The notes: a model not told the origin generated them from the letters alone. A stretch of DNA of 46,808 nucleotides from a virus (IMGVR_UViG_3300022666_000335:1-46808); one strand, 5' to 3'; shown: positions 11,408 to 18,953, counted from the first letter of the stretch. Numbers and translations are program-made.

Positions 11408-11765
11408 TTCGTTCAGTATCAACATGTTGGATCGCAAAAGCGGAGCGCGGGACATTTCGTTTATTCCGGTAGCACGTGAAGCCGTTAAGAATTTAGTAAT
11501 CAATCATTCGTTCCGTGAGGAGTTTGCGTGCGCGATCGGGCACGAGGACACCGCCCGCGCGGTGGCCATTGACCTGGGCATGCCCGAATTGGCCGAGCCC
11601 TGGGCCGAGATCGCCAAAACTCGCCCGACTATTTCGGCCGAAGGGAACAGTCTGATTGTGGCCCAGTATCGCGGGGAACGCTTGCCGGCGGGAACCACGG
11701 AATTACCGATCGGGGCGATTCTGGAATACTGGCAGGTTTACCGGGTTCCGTACAACCGGATTTAA
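11391..11765 (+). CDS. DUF1874 / STIV B116 / AcrIII-1-like ring nuclease
   Basis: YLVNSFSINML, AIGHEDTA (catalytic GH), KTR, VAQYRGERLPAG match the family pattern as I recall it; SD AGGAGG. Confidence 0.8.
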   Translation: MFYLVNSFSINMLDRKSGARDISFIPVAREAVKNLVINHSFREEFACAIGHEDTARAVAIDLGMPELAEPWAEIAKTRPTISAEGNSLIVAQYRGERLPAGTTELPIGAILEYWQVYRVPYNRI

Positions 11766-11768
11766 TTC

Positions 11769-11796
11769 GGTTCCGATAATGACAGTTATCGGAACC
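11769..11796. other. dif/Xer-like 11-6-11 site 1: GGTTCCGATAA-TGACAG-TTATCGGAACC
   Basis: Perfect 11-bp inverted arms, 3 nt after a stop codon. Confidence 0.7.
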
Positions 11797-11814
11797 GTTT
11801 TTGAAGGAGGGTCC

Positions 11815-12942
11815 ATGTATGAGTTGGCTTTATTTGCCGGAGCTGGTGGCGGATTACTCGCTACCCGGTGGTTTCTCGGATGGCGAACCGTCTGCTATGT
11901 CGAATTCGCGGCCTACCCCGTCAGCGTCTTGCAGGCCCGGATCCGCGATCGATACCTCGACGATGCCCCGATCTGGGACGACGCAAACGCTTTCGACGGG
12001 CGTCCTTGGGCTGGATGCGTGGATATCATCACTGCGGGCTTCCCGTGCCAGCCGTTCAGTCTCGCTGGCCAGCAGCGCGCCGACGGCGATCAGCGCAATG
12101 GATGGCCTGCAACCATCCGGATTATTCGCGAGGTACGACCGCCGTTCGTCCTGCTGGAAAACGTTGCAGGGTTGCTTTCCGCTGTGGGAAGTGACGGCCG
12201 ACGGTATTTCGGACGAATTCTCGGAGACCTGGCCGAGAGCGGGTATTCTGCGCGATGGAGAGTGTTATCTGCGGCGGAGGTGGGAGCGCCGCATAAACGC
12301 GACCGGGTTTTCATTCTCGGATATCTGGCCGACTCCAACGGTGACGGGAAACAACAACCGTCCCGGAGTGTCGGAGAATTCAGGCCTGGGTCTGGCCACG
12401 GCGGTCAGGCTTTGGCCGACGCCGACGGCGGCCGACGGGCGGAGAGCGGGGAATTTCGGGCGCGGGGATGGGAACCCGACACTCGCCGGCGCGGTGAAGT
12501 TGTGGCCAACCCCGACGGTGAGCGATTTCAGGGGGCCGAATCTGAACCCTGGGACGCGCAGTGCGAGCGAGCATTCTCTGGCGACTGTGGTGATGTTCCC
12601 CACGCCAACGACTCCCGGCGGCGGGCGCAGCGTTCCAGCGGATGCAGTGTGGAATGGGAACGCGGCTTATGCACCGGACGGGAAGAAGTTGCAGGTCGGG
12701 TTGGAAACAGTGGTACGACGGTTCCCGACTCCGACGACGAAGGACAACCGGCCGACCAGTCAGGCCAGTATGGAGCGCGGGGCGGGGCCCACTTTGGACC
12801 AGTTCGTTGGTGGGACGCTGAACCCGGACTGGGTCGAGTGGCTCATGGGGTGGCCCACCGGGTGGACAGACTGCGCGCCATTGGCGGCGGACAGGTTCCT
12901 GCTGTGGTTGCGGCAGTTTGGGATCTGCTGCGGGGAGGATGA
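11815..12942 (+). CDS. DNA (cytosine-5) methyltransferase, catalytic (alpha-like) polypeptide
   Basis: Motif I LFAGAGG, IV GFPCQ, VI ENV, VIII PHKRDR, X-like RLRAIGGGQVP; no motif IX in this frame. Confidence 0.9.
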   Translation: MYELALFAGAGGGLLATRWFLGWRTVCYVEFAAYPVSVLQARIRDRYLDDAPIWDDANAFDGRPWAGCVDIITAGFPCQPFSLAGQQRADGDQRNGWPATIRIIREVRPPFVLLENVAGLLSAVGSDGRRYFGRILGDLAESGYSARWRVLSAAEVGAPHKRDRVFILGYLADSNGDGKQQPSRSVGEFRPGSGHGGQALADADGGRRAESGEFRARGWEPDTRRRGEVVANPDGERFQGAESEPWDAQCERAFSGDCGDVPHANDSRRRAQRSSGCSVEWERGLCTGREEVAGRVGNSGTTVPDSDDEGQPADQSGQYGARGGAHFGPVRWWDAEPGLGRVAHGVAHRVDRLRAIGGGQVPAVVAAVWDLLRGG

Positions 12943-12949
12943 GCAATGA
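11819..12949 (+). CDS. Overlapping +1-frame polypeptide with five (W/F)PTPT repeats and motif-IX-like end; putative MTase beta subunit
   Basis: Open for 376 codons; ATG 8 nt after GGAGG; LNPDWVEWLMGWPTGWTD; stop overlaps the next ATG. Confidence 0.7.
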   Translation: MSWLYLPELVADYSLPGGFSDGEPSAMSNSRPTPSASCRPGSAIDTSTMPRSGTTQTLSTGVLGLDAWISSLRASRASRSVSLASSAPTAISAMDGLQPSGLFARYDRRSSCWKTLQGCFPLWEVTADGISDEFSETWPRAGILRDGECYLRRRWERRINATGFSFSDIWPTPTVTGNNNRPGVSENSGLGLATAVRLWPTPTAADGRRAGNFGRGDGNPTLAGAVKLWPTPTVSDFRGPNLNPGTRSASEHSLATVVMFPTPTTPGGGRSVPADAVWNGNAAYAPDGKKLQVGLETVVRRFPTPTTKDNRPTSQASMERGAGPTLDQFVGGTLNPDWVEWLMGWPTGWTDCAPLAADRFLLWLRQFGICCGEDEQ

Positions 12950-14178
12950 TTATAAACTGCAGTTCCCACCATATCCCTATCGTTGACCGGTCGGTGCATT
13001 GCGTAGTAACGTCGCCGCCGTACTGGGGGCTTCGGTCATACCAGGGGGCGCAATCCGTGAATTGGCCGGAGGTAGTTTACTCTCCCATGCCAGGACTCCA
13101 GGAAATAACAATCGATGCCATGATCGCTCCCCTTGGACTGGAAAAGAGCGTTGATGCGTTCATCGGTCATTTGATACTGATTTTTCGTGAGGTGTGGCGG
13201 ACGTTGCGCGACGACGGGGTGATCTGGGCAAACATGGGCGATTGCTACGCTTATGACTCTAAATGGGGCGGGGCCAGCGGGGGAAAAAATTACACCAGCG
13301 CGGGCGGTGGGATTTCTCGACAGCGGAAGAACAGCGGAATTCGTGACAAAAGCCTTGTGGGTCAGCCGTGGCGGTTGGCTTTCGCCCTGGAAGCTGACGG
13401 ATGGATTCTTCGTCGGGATGTGATTTGGCATAAACGCAATCCCACGCCGGAATCCTGTGATGACCGGCCTACCAACGCCCACGAATATGTTTTCCTTTTG
13501 GCTAAGGATCCGGATTACTTCTACGACAAGGTAGCCATTATGGAACCCAGCTTGACAAATGATCCGCGCCACCCATATCTGAGCCGCGGCGCGAAGGATT
13601 TTGATGGCCGGCCAGAGGAACAATGGCACGGGGGGAAGGTCAGAGAAGACGGTGATTTTTCAATGCGCAATCGCCGGGATGTTTGGTCAATTTCAACGGA
13701 AGGGTATAGGGGTGCGCATTACGCTACTTTCCCGCGCGAGCTCGTTTCTCCCTGTGTCCTGGCTGGGACCAGCGCGCGCGGGGTCTGCCCGATCTGCGGC
13801 GCGCCCTGGACCCGGGTGACGAAAAAGAATTTCAGTATTCAGGATGATGTCTCCGCCGATCGCGCGCATCATGGAGCCGACGGACAAAAAGCGCTTGACG
13901 AGACCAGCAACTGGGAAGGGTTCCCGCGTGGAGTGACCAACGTGGCGACGTTGGGGTGGCGTCCGACCTGCGATCACGGCGCTGATCCCGTTCCTGCCGT
14001 CGTGATGGATCCATTCTGCGGTTCTGGGACTGTCGGGATGGTTTGTCGGGAAACGGGGCGGAAGTTTGTGGGCCTGGATATCTCCTTCCCATATCTGCGC
14101 GACCAGGCCCGGGCCCGGGCAGAGAACAAAGCGGCGCCGGTGGATGAGACGCTACCGCTCTTCGCAGCGGTTGAGTAG
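12946..14178 (+). CDS. N4-cytosine/N6-adenine DNA methyltransferase (beta class) with Cys-containing insertion
   Basis: TSPPY, IWHKRN, HYATFP, DPFCGSGT. Confidence 0.92.
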   Translation: MIINCSSHHIPIVDRSVHCVVTSPPYWGLRSYQGAQSVNWPEVVYSPMPGLQEITIDAMIAPLGLEKSVDAFIGHLILIFREVWRTLRDDGVIWANMGDCYAYDSKWGGASGGKNYTSAGGGISRQRKNSGIRDKSLVGQPWRLAFALEADGWILRRDVIWHKRNPTPESCDDRPTNAHEYVFLLAKDPDYFYDKVAIMEPSLTNDPRHPYLSRGAKDFDGRPEEQWHGGKVREDGDFSMRNRRDVWSISTEGYRGAHYATFPRELVSPCVLAGTSARGVCPICGAPWTRVTKKNFSIQDDVSADRAHHGADGQKALDETSNWEGFPRGVTNVATLGWRPTCDHGADPVPAVVMDPFCGSGTVGMVCRETGRKFVGLDISFPYLRDQARARAENKAAPVDETLPLFAAVE

Positions 14179-14181
14179 TTT

Positions 14182-14209
14182 GGTTCTGATAAGTGGAATT
14201 ACTGGAACC
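14182..14209. other. dif/Xer-like site 2: GGTTCTGATAA-GTGGAA-TTACTGGAACC
   Basis: Same arm consensus; 3 nt after MTase stop. Confidence 0.65.
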
Positions 14210-14291
14210 AAAAAACGCACGAATGGGCCGCTTAAATATGAGGGCGGCATTTGAGCGGCCCATTCTCCAGGATTAAAAAGGAGCAATCAAA

Positions 14292-14858
14292 ATGGACGAG
14301 AAAAAATTACAGGTTCTGCGTGATGCAGGATTCGAGGAAATGGCAGTTTATGCGGCCCTTGCGGATCGTGCCACCGGGTGGCAATGGGTGCATCTGGGCA
14401 CAGATGAAAATGGGCAGTTCGGAAATATCAAGGCCCTACTCGAAAACGATGGGATGACCGATGTATTGGATGAGAACGACGACAATATTGCAAACTGGGA
14501 TATGGCCGCTGCGGCACGGCATTTGATCCCACAGTCTGCTGAAGCCCTGGCTGAGTCGCTGGGCCGGATTGAGACCCTGTCGGCTGCGCTGACGGCGGCT
14601 ACAAATCTCTACGGAGACGCGGAGCGGGCGCGGTTCCAGTCGGAGGAGCGGCTGCGCGAGGTGGCAGATGAACGAGATTTCGCACTGGGGCGCGCTGATG
14701 AAGCTGAATCCGAACTCCAGCGGGCTGTAGATCTTCTGTCCCAAATTGATGAGGGAAATAACTTCTGCCCGTTCTGCGATTGCGGCCCGCATCCCGATCA
14801 CATCGATGGATGCACCATCGGAGAATTCCTGAAGGGTCACGTAGAGGAGGAGGATTAA
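14292..14858 (+). CDS. Coiled-coil protein with C-terminal CxxC..H..C motif
   Basis: SD AAGGAG; CPFCD...HIDGC. Confidence 0.7.
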   Translation: MDEKKLQVLRDAGFEEMAVYAALADRATGWQWVHLGTDENGQFGNIKALLENDGMTDVLDENDDNIANWDMAAAARHLIPQSAEALAESLGRIETLSAALTAATNLYGDAERARFQSEERLREVADERDFALGRADEAESELQRAVDLLSQIDEGNNFCPFCDCGPHPDHIDGCTIGEFLKGHVEEED

Positions 14859-14860
14859 CG

Positions 14861-15073
14861 ATGGATGAGAATAAAAACTCGGTGCGTGATGGTGACGTAT
14901 GCGTTGACTGGATTGAAAATCATCCGTGGTATGGATTACAACGTGAATGCACCTGTGACAACTCGCATGCTGTGCATGGATGTTTTTTTAGTGAATTCAG
15001 GTCATGCGATGGACACGGGAAGGCGACATTCCTAAGGCTAAAGCCTGACCGTGCTATGTCAAAGTTAAATTAG
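14861..15073 (+). CDS. Small Cys/His-rich hypothetical protein
   Basis: SD GGAGG; stop overlaps site 3. Confidence 0.55.
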   Translation: MDENKNSVRDGDVCVDWIENHPWYGLQRECTCDNSHAVHGCFFSEFRSCDGHGKATFLRLKPDRAMSKLN

Positions 15074-15100
15074 CTTCTGATAATCGGCGTTATCGGAACC
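15073..15100. other. dif/Xer-like site 3: GCTTCTGATAA-TCGGCG-TTATCGGAACC
   Basis: Same arm consensus. Confidence 0.68.
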
Positions 15101-15111
15101 AAATCTCCCTA

Positions 15112-15151
15112 TTGACAAATCTATATAGATTATTATAATATCTATATAGAT
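15112..15151 (+). promoter_or_regulatory. Promoter TTGACA-16-TATAAT with two ATCTATATAGAT palindromic operators
   Basis: -35 at 15112, -10 at 15134; palindromes at 15119-15130 and 15140-15151. Confidence 0.8.
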
Positions 15152-15173
15152 TATAAAACAGAGGAGACTAGAG

Positions 15174-15416
15174 ATGAACTACACAGGTGACCGTGTACTT
15201 TTTACAGCAAATCGCAAATGCGCCCTCCTGGGGCGCGAGTATAACGAAGGTGATCAGGTCGAGGTTACGTTGACCCGCGATTTCGATGCCGACCGCGAGG
15301 CTGGTAGTGGGAAAGGCCCGTGGGGCTGGGCCGGGTTTTCGTCCCGGTTCGTGGCCGCCCTCGGGACGGTCGAGGTGCAGTCCGGAGGCCGGTTGATTCT
15401 CCGGGGAGGAAAGTAG
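15174..15416 (+). CDS. Hypothetical protein
   Basis: SD GAGGAG; first gene after promoter. Confidence 0.7.
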   Translation: MNYTGDRVLFTANRKCALLGREYNEGDQVEVTLTRDFDADREAGSGKGPWGWAGFSSRFVAALGTVEVQSGGRLILRGGK

Positions 15417-15418
15417 AA

Positions 15419-15622
15419 ATGAACCACAATTTTATCGAAAAGCGCGAACGCGCGATCCGTTTTCTGCGCGCAGATGGGTGGATTATCAATAATCCGGATG
15501 AAATCCAGGTTGTTGATGATCCGAGTTACATTGATTCAGTTGTCGTGCTGAAACAGCACGGAAACGGAGAATGGGTCGTTGATCTAAGCGACGGAAGCGT
15601 CGCTTTTTTTCAGGAGGATTAG
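15419..15622 (+). CDS. Hypothetical protein
   Basis: MNHNF start after GGAGG; tight packing. Confidence 0.6.
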   Translation: MNHNFIEKRERAIRFLRADGWIINNPDEIQVVDDPSYIDSVVVLKQHGNGEWVVDLSDGSVAFFQED

Positions 15623-15624
15623 AA

Positions 15625-15876
15625 ATGAAAACAGCACTTTTGAGCACAGTTGTTGTACCTGATTTTTCCGAGAAACGCACCGTCGTCGTAGAACCCGTCA
15701 ACGTTACCGAATATCTCGGCCACGTTGATCGGAATTACTGCGGACACCCGGTTACCGACCGCATCCTGCGCGAGATCCGCCCGGATCTTCCGCCGGCAGA
15801 GAGGGGCGGGAAATGGGACGGGGTCGGGTATGCGCTGGCGATCCGACCGCGCGATCAGCTTCGATCTGGATCATGA
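15625..15876 (+). CDS. Short, divergent DUF1874/AcrIII-1-like protein
   Basis: N-terminal ALLSTVVVP strand and NYCGHPVT motif; SD AGGAGG. Confidence 0.45.
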   Translation: MKTALLSTVVVPDFSEKRTVVVEPVNVTEYLGHVDRNYCGHPVTDRILREIRPDLPPAERGGKWDGVGYALAIRPRDQLRSGS

Positions 15877-15887
15877 TCGAGGATAGC

Positions 15888-16280
15888 ATGAAGAAAAAAT
15901 TCGGAACCCTCATTAGTATCTATTTTTCAGAGACCTCCCAGGCGCGCACGAATGCTCTGCGCGCGCGCTTGGCGGAAATTGCGCGCGGTTTCGGGTTCGT
16001 CGCGCGCAGGGGCGAGACGAAAGGCGAGGGGAACCTCGCGGGCCTGCTCGAGGCAATCGACATCGGGCTGGTGTCTGTCGTCGGGATGCTCCCCGACGAG
16101 CAGATCCCGCGCGCGATCGCGCGGCTGGATGTCATCGCCGCCGCAGATCCGCGCGACGAATGGGCCAAGGATATCGCGGATGCGCTGCGGGACTCGCAGC
16201 GCCGGGCCGCGCAGGCGGAGCGCCGCGAGTATGACGAAATCGCGGCGCAGCAAGAAGGGAGCGCCGATGAAACCGAGTAA
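15888..16280 (+). CDS. Hypothetical protein, possible RHH-like regulator
   Basis: N-terminal strand-helix-helix pattern; SD GAGGA. Confidence 0.55.
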   Translation: MKKKFGTLISIYFSETSQARTNALRARLAEIARGFGFVARRGETKGEGNLAGLLEAIDIGLVSVVGMLPDEQIPRAIARLDVIAAADPRDEWAKDIADALRDSQRRAAQAERREYDEIAAQQEGSADETE

Positions 16281-16622
16281 CGAGCTTGCAGTGCGCCTCC
16301 GCGCCTCCGCCGTGAATGTTGCGGCGGCCCGTGGAGAGAAACCGGTCAGTCCCGTGCAAGCGTTTTTAAAAATCTTTGTCCAGCCCCGCCGGGACTGGAA
16401 GCGGGCCGGGGCCCCTCGCGTTGGGTGGAAGCGCGGGGAGATCGTGGAATGGGTGCAGGCGCGAACTCCGGCGGAGCGCGCCGAAGAGTGGGGTGACGTA
16501 GGTTACTACGCCGCCCAGTCGGGCGTCCGGTCTGGTGGCTGTATGCCCTGTTTACCCCGCGAGAAATTGCTGAACGCGCCGCTGAGAAATTCGAGCGGCG
16601 AGCACTGAAGGGGCCCGGTTAA
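16267..16622 (+). pseudogene. MazG-like NTP pyrophosphohydrolase, apparently frameshifted near 16520
   Basis: AEEWGDVGYY in frame 0; IAERAAEKFERR continues in the -1 frame to TAA at 16622. Confidence 0.5.
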
Positions 16623-16639
16623 ACCGGGCCCTCGCTTTT
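16611..16639 (+). terminator. Hairpin terminator closing the cassette
   Basis: GGGCCCGGTT-A-AACCGGGCCC then TCGCTTTT. Confidence 0.6.
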
Positions 16640-16667
16640 GGTTCCGATAATCAACATTATTGGAACA
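16640..16667. other. dif/Xer-like site 4: GGTTCCGATAA-TCAACA-TTATTGGAACA
   Basis: Same arm consensus. Confidence 0.68.
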
Positions 16668-16723
16668 AAATTTCAAGCGGCGGCCCGGTCACCAGCCGGG
16701 CCGCCGGAAAGGAACGAGTACAA

Positions 16724-17122
16724 ATGGAAAAGATTTTAGGGATGGCGATCGGCACGGCTATCGTGTTTTTGCTGCTCACGACTGGGTTTGCACTGGGGAC
16801 AATCTACGAGAGGGATCAGGTTAAATCCGTCAATGTTCCGGCGCAACAGGCAGCACCTGCCGAGCGCGTTCAGATGACGGTGCAGTTCATCGATCGGGCG
16901 GGGGAGGCGGCGCGGGTAACCGTGCTGGACCCTGGAGACTCCGACATCGGGGACTTGCTGGGTGTGTTTCAAAACCCGGAGCTATTCCTGGAATTCAGCG
17001 ACGCGCGGGCGGCGCTGTTCAGACCAGGAGATCAAACCGTGGTTTGGTGCGACAAGCGCGGGCCCGCTGAATTGAGATTCAGTAACTGCAGTATGCTCCC
17101 AGTGGTCAACGGGGAGCCATGA
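16724..17122 (+). CDS. Membrane-anchored hypothetical protein
   Basis: N-terminal hydrophobic helix; SD AAAGGA. Confidence 0.7.
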   Translation: MEKILGMAIGTAIVFLLLTTGFALGTIYERDQVKSVNVPAQQAAPAERVQMTVQFIDRAGEAARVTVLDPGDSDIGDLLGVFQNPELFLEFSDARAALFRPGDQTVVWCDKRGPAELRFSNCSMLPVVNGEP

Positions 17123-17202
17123 CCATATTGGTCCATTATTCCATTCATCGGTGAATCTGCCCCCGGTCAGCGACTTGGCCGGGGGTTTACTTCGAGGTAA
17201 AC

Positions 17203-18258
17203 ATGAGCGAATTGATAGATTTGATCCAGGCAATCGAGGCAGAACGTCCCCGCCCGGCCCCTGATGCATTGATTGTAGAGCCGGGCCCCAACTGGCCGGA
17301 GCTGGCCAATATGGTCAGGGCCCAGGCCTCCGGAATCGTGGTGGATCTGTTGTTCGTGGCTCTACAGGAATTACTGGCCATGATCCGCCGATACAACGAG
17401 CTGCACACGGCCTACTGGGCCGAGATCGACGACACCGCCGAGTACCTGGGCCGGCTGGAGGGGGCCTATGCTGAAATCAATGCGCTGAGGGAGCGGGTCG
17501 CCGACCTGGAGCAGCGCATCGCCCAGCGGCCGCTCAATCCCAGCGTGACGATCCCCGCCCAGGACATCACCGTCAGGGCGCCGCTCCAGCAGGAGATCCT
17601 GCGTGTCGTCGCCTCCGGCCTGGGGCGGAGCTGGCGCATCGGGGACCGGATGATTGCGCAGGGGCTGGCCAGCGACCGGAGCAGCTTCCTCAATGCCCTG
17701 CAAAAGCTAACCCAGCGGGGCCTGATCGCTGACTACCAGGAACGCGGGCGGGCTATCCGCTGGACCCCCACGGCCGGCGGTGGGCGGCGGCTGGTCGTGC
17801 TCACCGACGCGGGGCGCGCCTGGTGCGAATCCGCGTTCGGTCGGCCGGCGGCAGAGTCCGAGCTGTTGGGGATCGCGCGCCAGCACGGGATCGTTCACGG
17901 CGTGGGCATCCTGGAGGCGGCAGACCATTTCCGAACGGCCGGCTACGAGGTTGACGATGCGCCCGAGGCGATCCTCGCGGGGCCTGAGCGCTGGGGACCC
18001 AGGGCCGAGCCCGATCTGGTGGTCGTGGCCGACGACGTGCGCTGGACGGTGGAGGTGCAGCGGGAGGTGAGCGAGCGGCTAACGGATAAGTGGAGGAAGA
18101 CGTTAGAGCTGGCGGGCCGGCTAGTGATCGTATTGTTCAACGAGGAGGCGCGAGAGAACCAAGCGCGGATACTGAAACGGGCCGGAGTAGGCGGAGAGGT
18201 GTGGTTGCTCAGTTTGGAGGCGATGGAGCGAGGCGGAGCGGAGTTGTTACCCGGGTAA
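17203..18258 (+). CDS. Coiled-coil + winged helix + PD-(D/E)xK protein, Replic_Relax-like
   Basis: LQKLTQRGLI and VLTDAGR wHTH; HGVGIL; EPDLVV...VEVQRE...KW. Confidence 0.55.
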   Translation: MSELIDLIQAIEAERPRPAPDALIVEPGPNWPELANMVRAQASGIVVDLLFVALQELLAMIRRYNELHTAYWAEIDDTAEYLGRLEGAYAEINALRERVADLEQRIAQRPLNPSVTIPAQDITVRAPLQQEILRVVASGLGRSWRIGDRMIAQGLASDRSSFLNALQKLTQRGLIADYQERGRAIRWTPTAGGGRRLVVLTDAGRAWCESAFGRPAAESELLGIARQHGIVHGVGILEAADHFRTAGYEVDDAPEAILAGPERWGPRAEPDLVVVADDVRWTVEVQREVSERLTDKWRKTLELAGRLVIVLFNEEARENQARILKRAGVGGEVWLLSLEAMERGGAELLPG

Positions 18259-18260
18259 CA
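18245..18260. promoter_or_regulatory. parS/NBS-like 16-bp palindrome TGTTACCCGGGTAACA
   Basis: Perfect palindrome intermediate between parS TGTTTCACGTGAAACA and NBS TATTTCCCGGGAAATA. Confidence 0.55.
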
Positions 18261-18273
18261 TAATTTTTTGGTA

Positions 18274-18301
18274 TTGACATTGTAATACAATGTATTACAA
18301 T
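18274..18301 (+). promoter_or_regulatory. Promoter TTGACA-16-TACAAT covered by operator TTGTAATACA-A-TGTATTACAA
   Basis: Perfect 10-bp inverted repeat at 18280-18300. Confidence 0.8.
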
Positions 18302-18332
18302 AGAGTTAGATTTTAGATGATGGAGGCGGGAA

Positions 18333-18695
18333 ATGGCACAGTTAACAGTTCAGGAACAGGCGGAACGGATTTACCATCAATTCGACCAACAGCGCGCTCA
18401 GTATGCCAAACTGGGAATGAAACTCAGCGGAGTCGCAGCTGCCAGCGTTAACGAAATTGCGCAGCACATCCAGAACTGCAACGATGCCGCCGCCGCTGCT
18501 GGTCTGGAATATCTCGACTCGTCCGCCGTGAAATGGGGCCTGACCCGCGAGCAGGTTTTCTCCCTGGCTGAGGAAAAAGCACACGCTGCTCGGAAATCCC
18601 GCGGAGCCCGCGCTCTGAGCCAGAAATACGGCCGCGAAACCGCCGAGAGAATCATCGCCGAGAAAACTGGCCGCCACGTCAGCCTGAAACAGTAG
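18333..18695 (+). CDS. Hypothetical protein
   Basis: SD GGAGG; first gene after promoter. Confidence 0.7.
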   Translation: MAQLTVQEQAERIYHQFDQQRAQYAKLGMKLSGVAAASVNEIAQHIQNCNDAAAAAGLEYLDSSAVKWGLTREQVFSLAEEKAHAARKSRGARALSQKYGRETAERIIAEKTGRHVSLKQ

Positions 18696-18702
18696 AGGAA
18701 AC

Positions 18703-18939
18703 ATGGAAAAAATCACGATCACGGAACATGGTCGAGGAATTTTCGGGATTGGCGGAGTGGGGATTGCTCAGGCGAATGAGATGCCCGTCATCCCGACGCT
18801 GGCCCAGGTCGAGCGCGTGCAGCGCCTGGAACGCAATGCTCGCCACTGCCAGCGCTGCGGGGCCAGCGATCTGATCGACGGTGCAATGTTCAGCACGGAC
18901 CCGGCCTCGGGTCTGTGTGATGACTGTCTGGATCATTAA
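18703..18939 (+). CDS. Small zinc-finger protein
   Basis: CQRCG...CDDC; SD GAGGA. Confidence 0.65.
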   Translation: MEKITITEHGRGIFGIGGVGIAQANEMPVIPTLAQVERVQRLERNARHCQRCGASDLIDGAMFSTDPASGLCDDCLDH

Positions 18940-18953
18940 TCAGGAGGTATATC

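Noticed and set aside
11656-11814. Upstream extension of the C5-MTase ORF
   Set aside because: Overlaps the DUF1874 gene and site 1; the SD and motif I support the start at 11815
12946-14178. Complete restriction-modification system
   Set aside because: No adjacent endonuclease; the MTases look like orphan anti-restriction enzymes
11769-16667. The 28-bp sites as integron attC sites or CRISPR repeats
   Set aside because: No RYYYAAC/GTTRRRY ends with long imperfect stems, no integron integrase, and spacing of 0.9-2.4 kb
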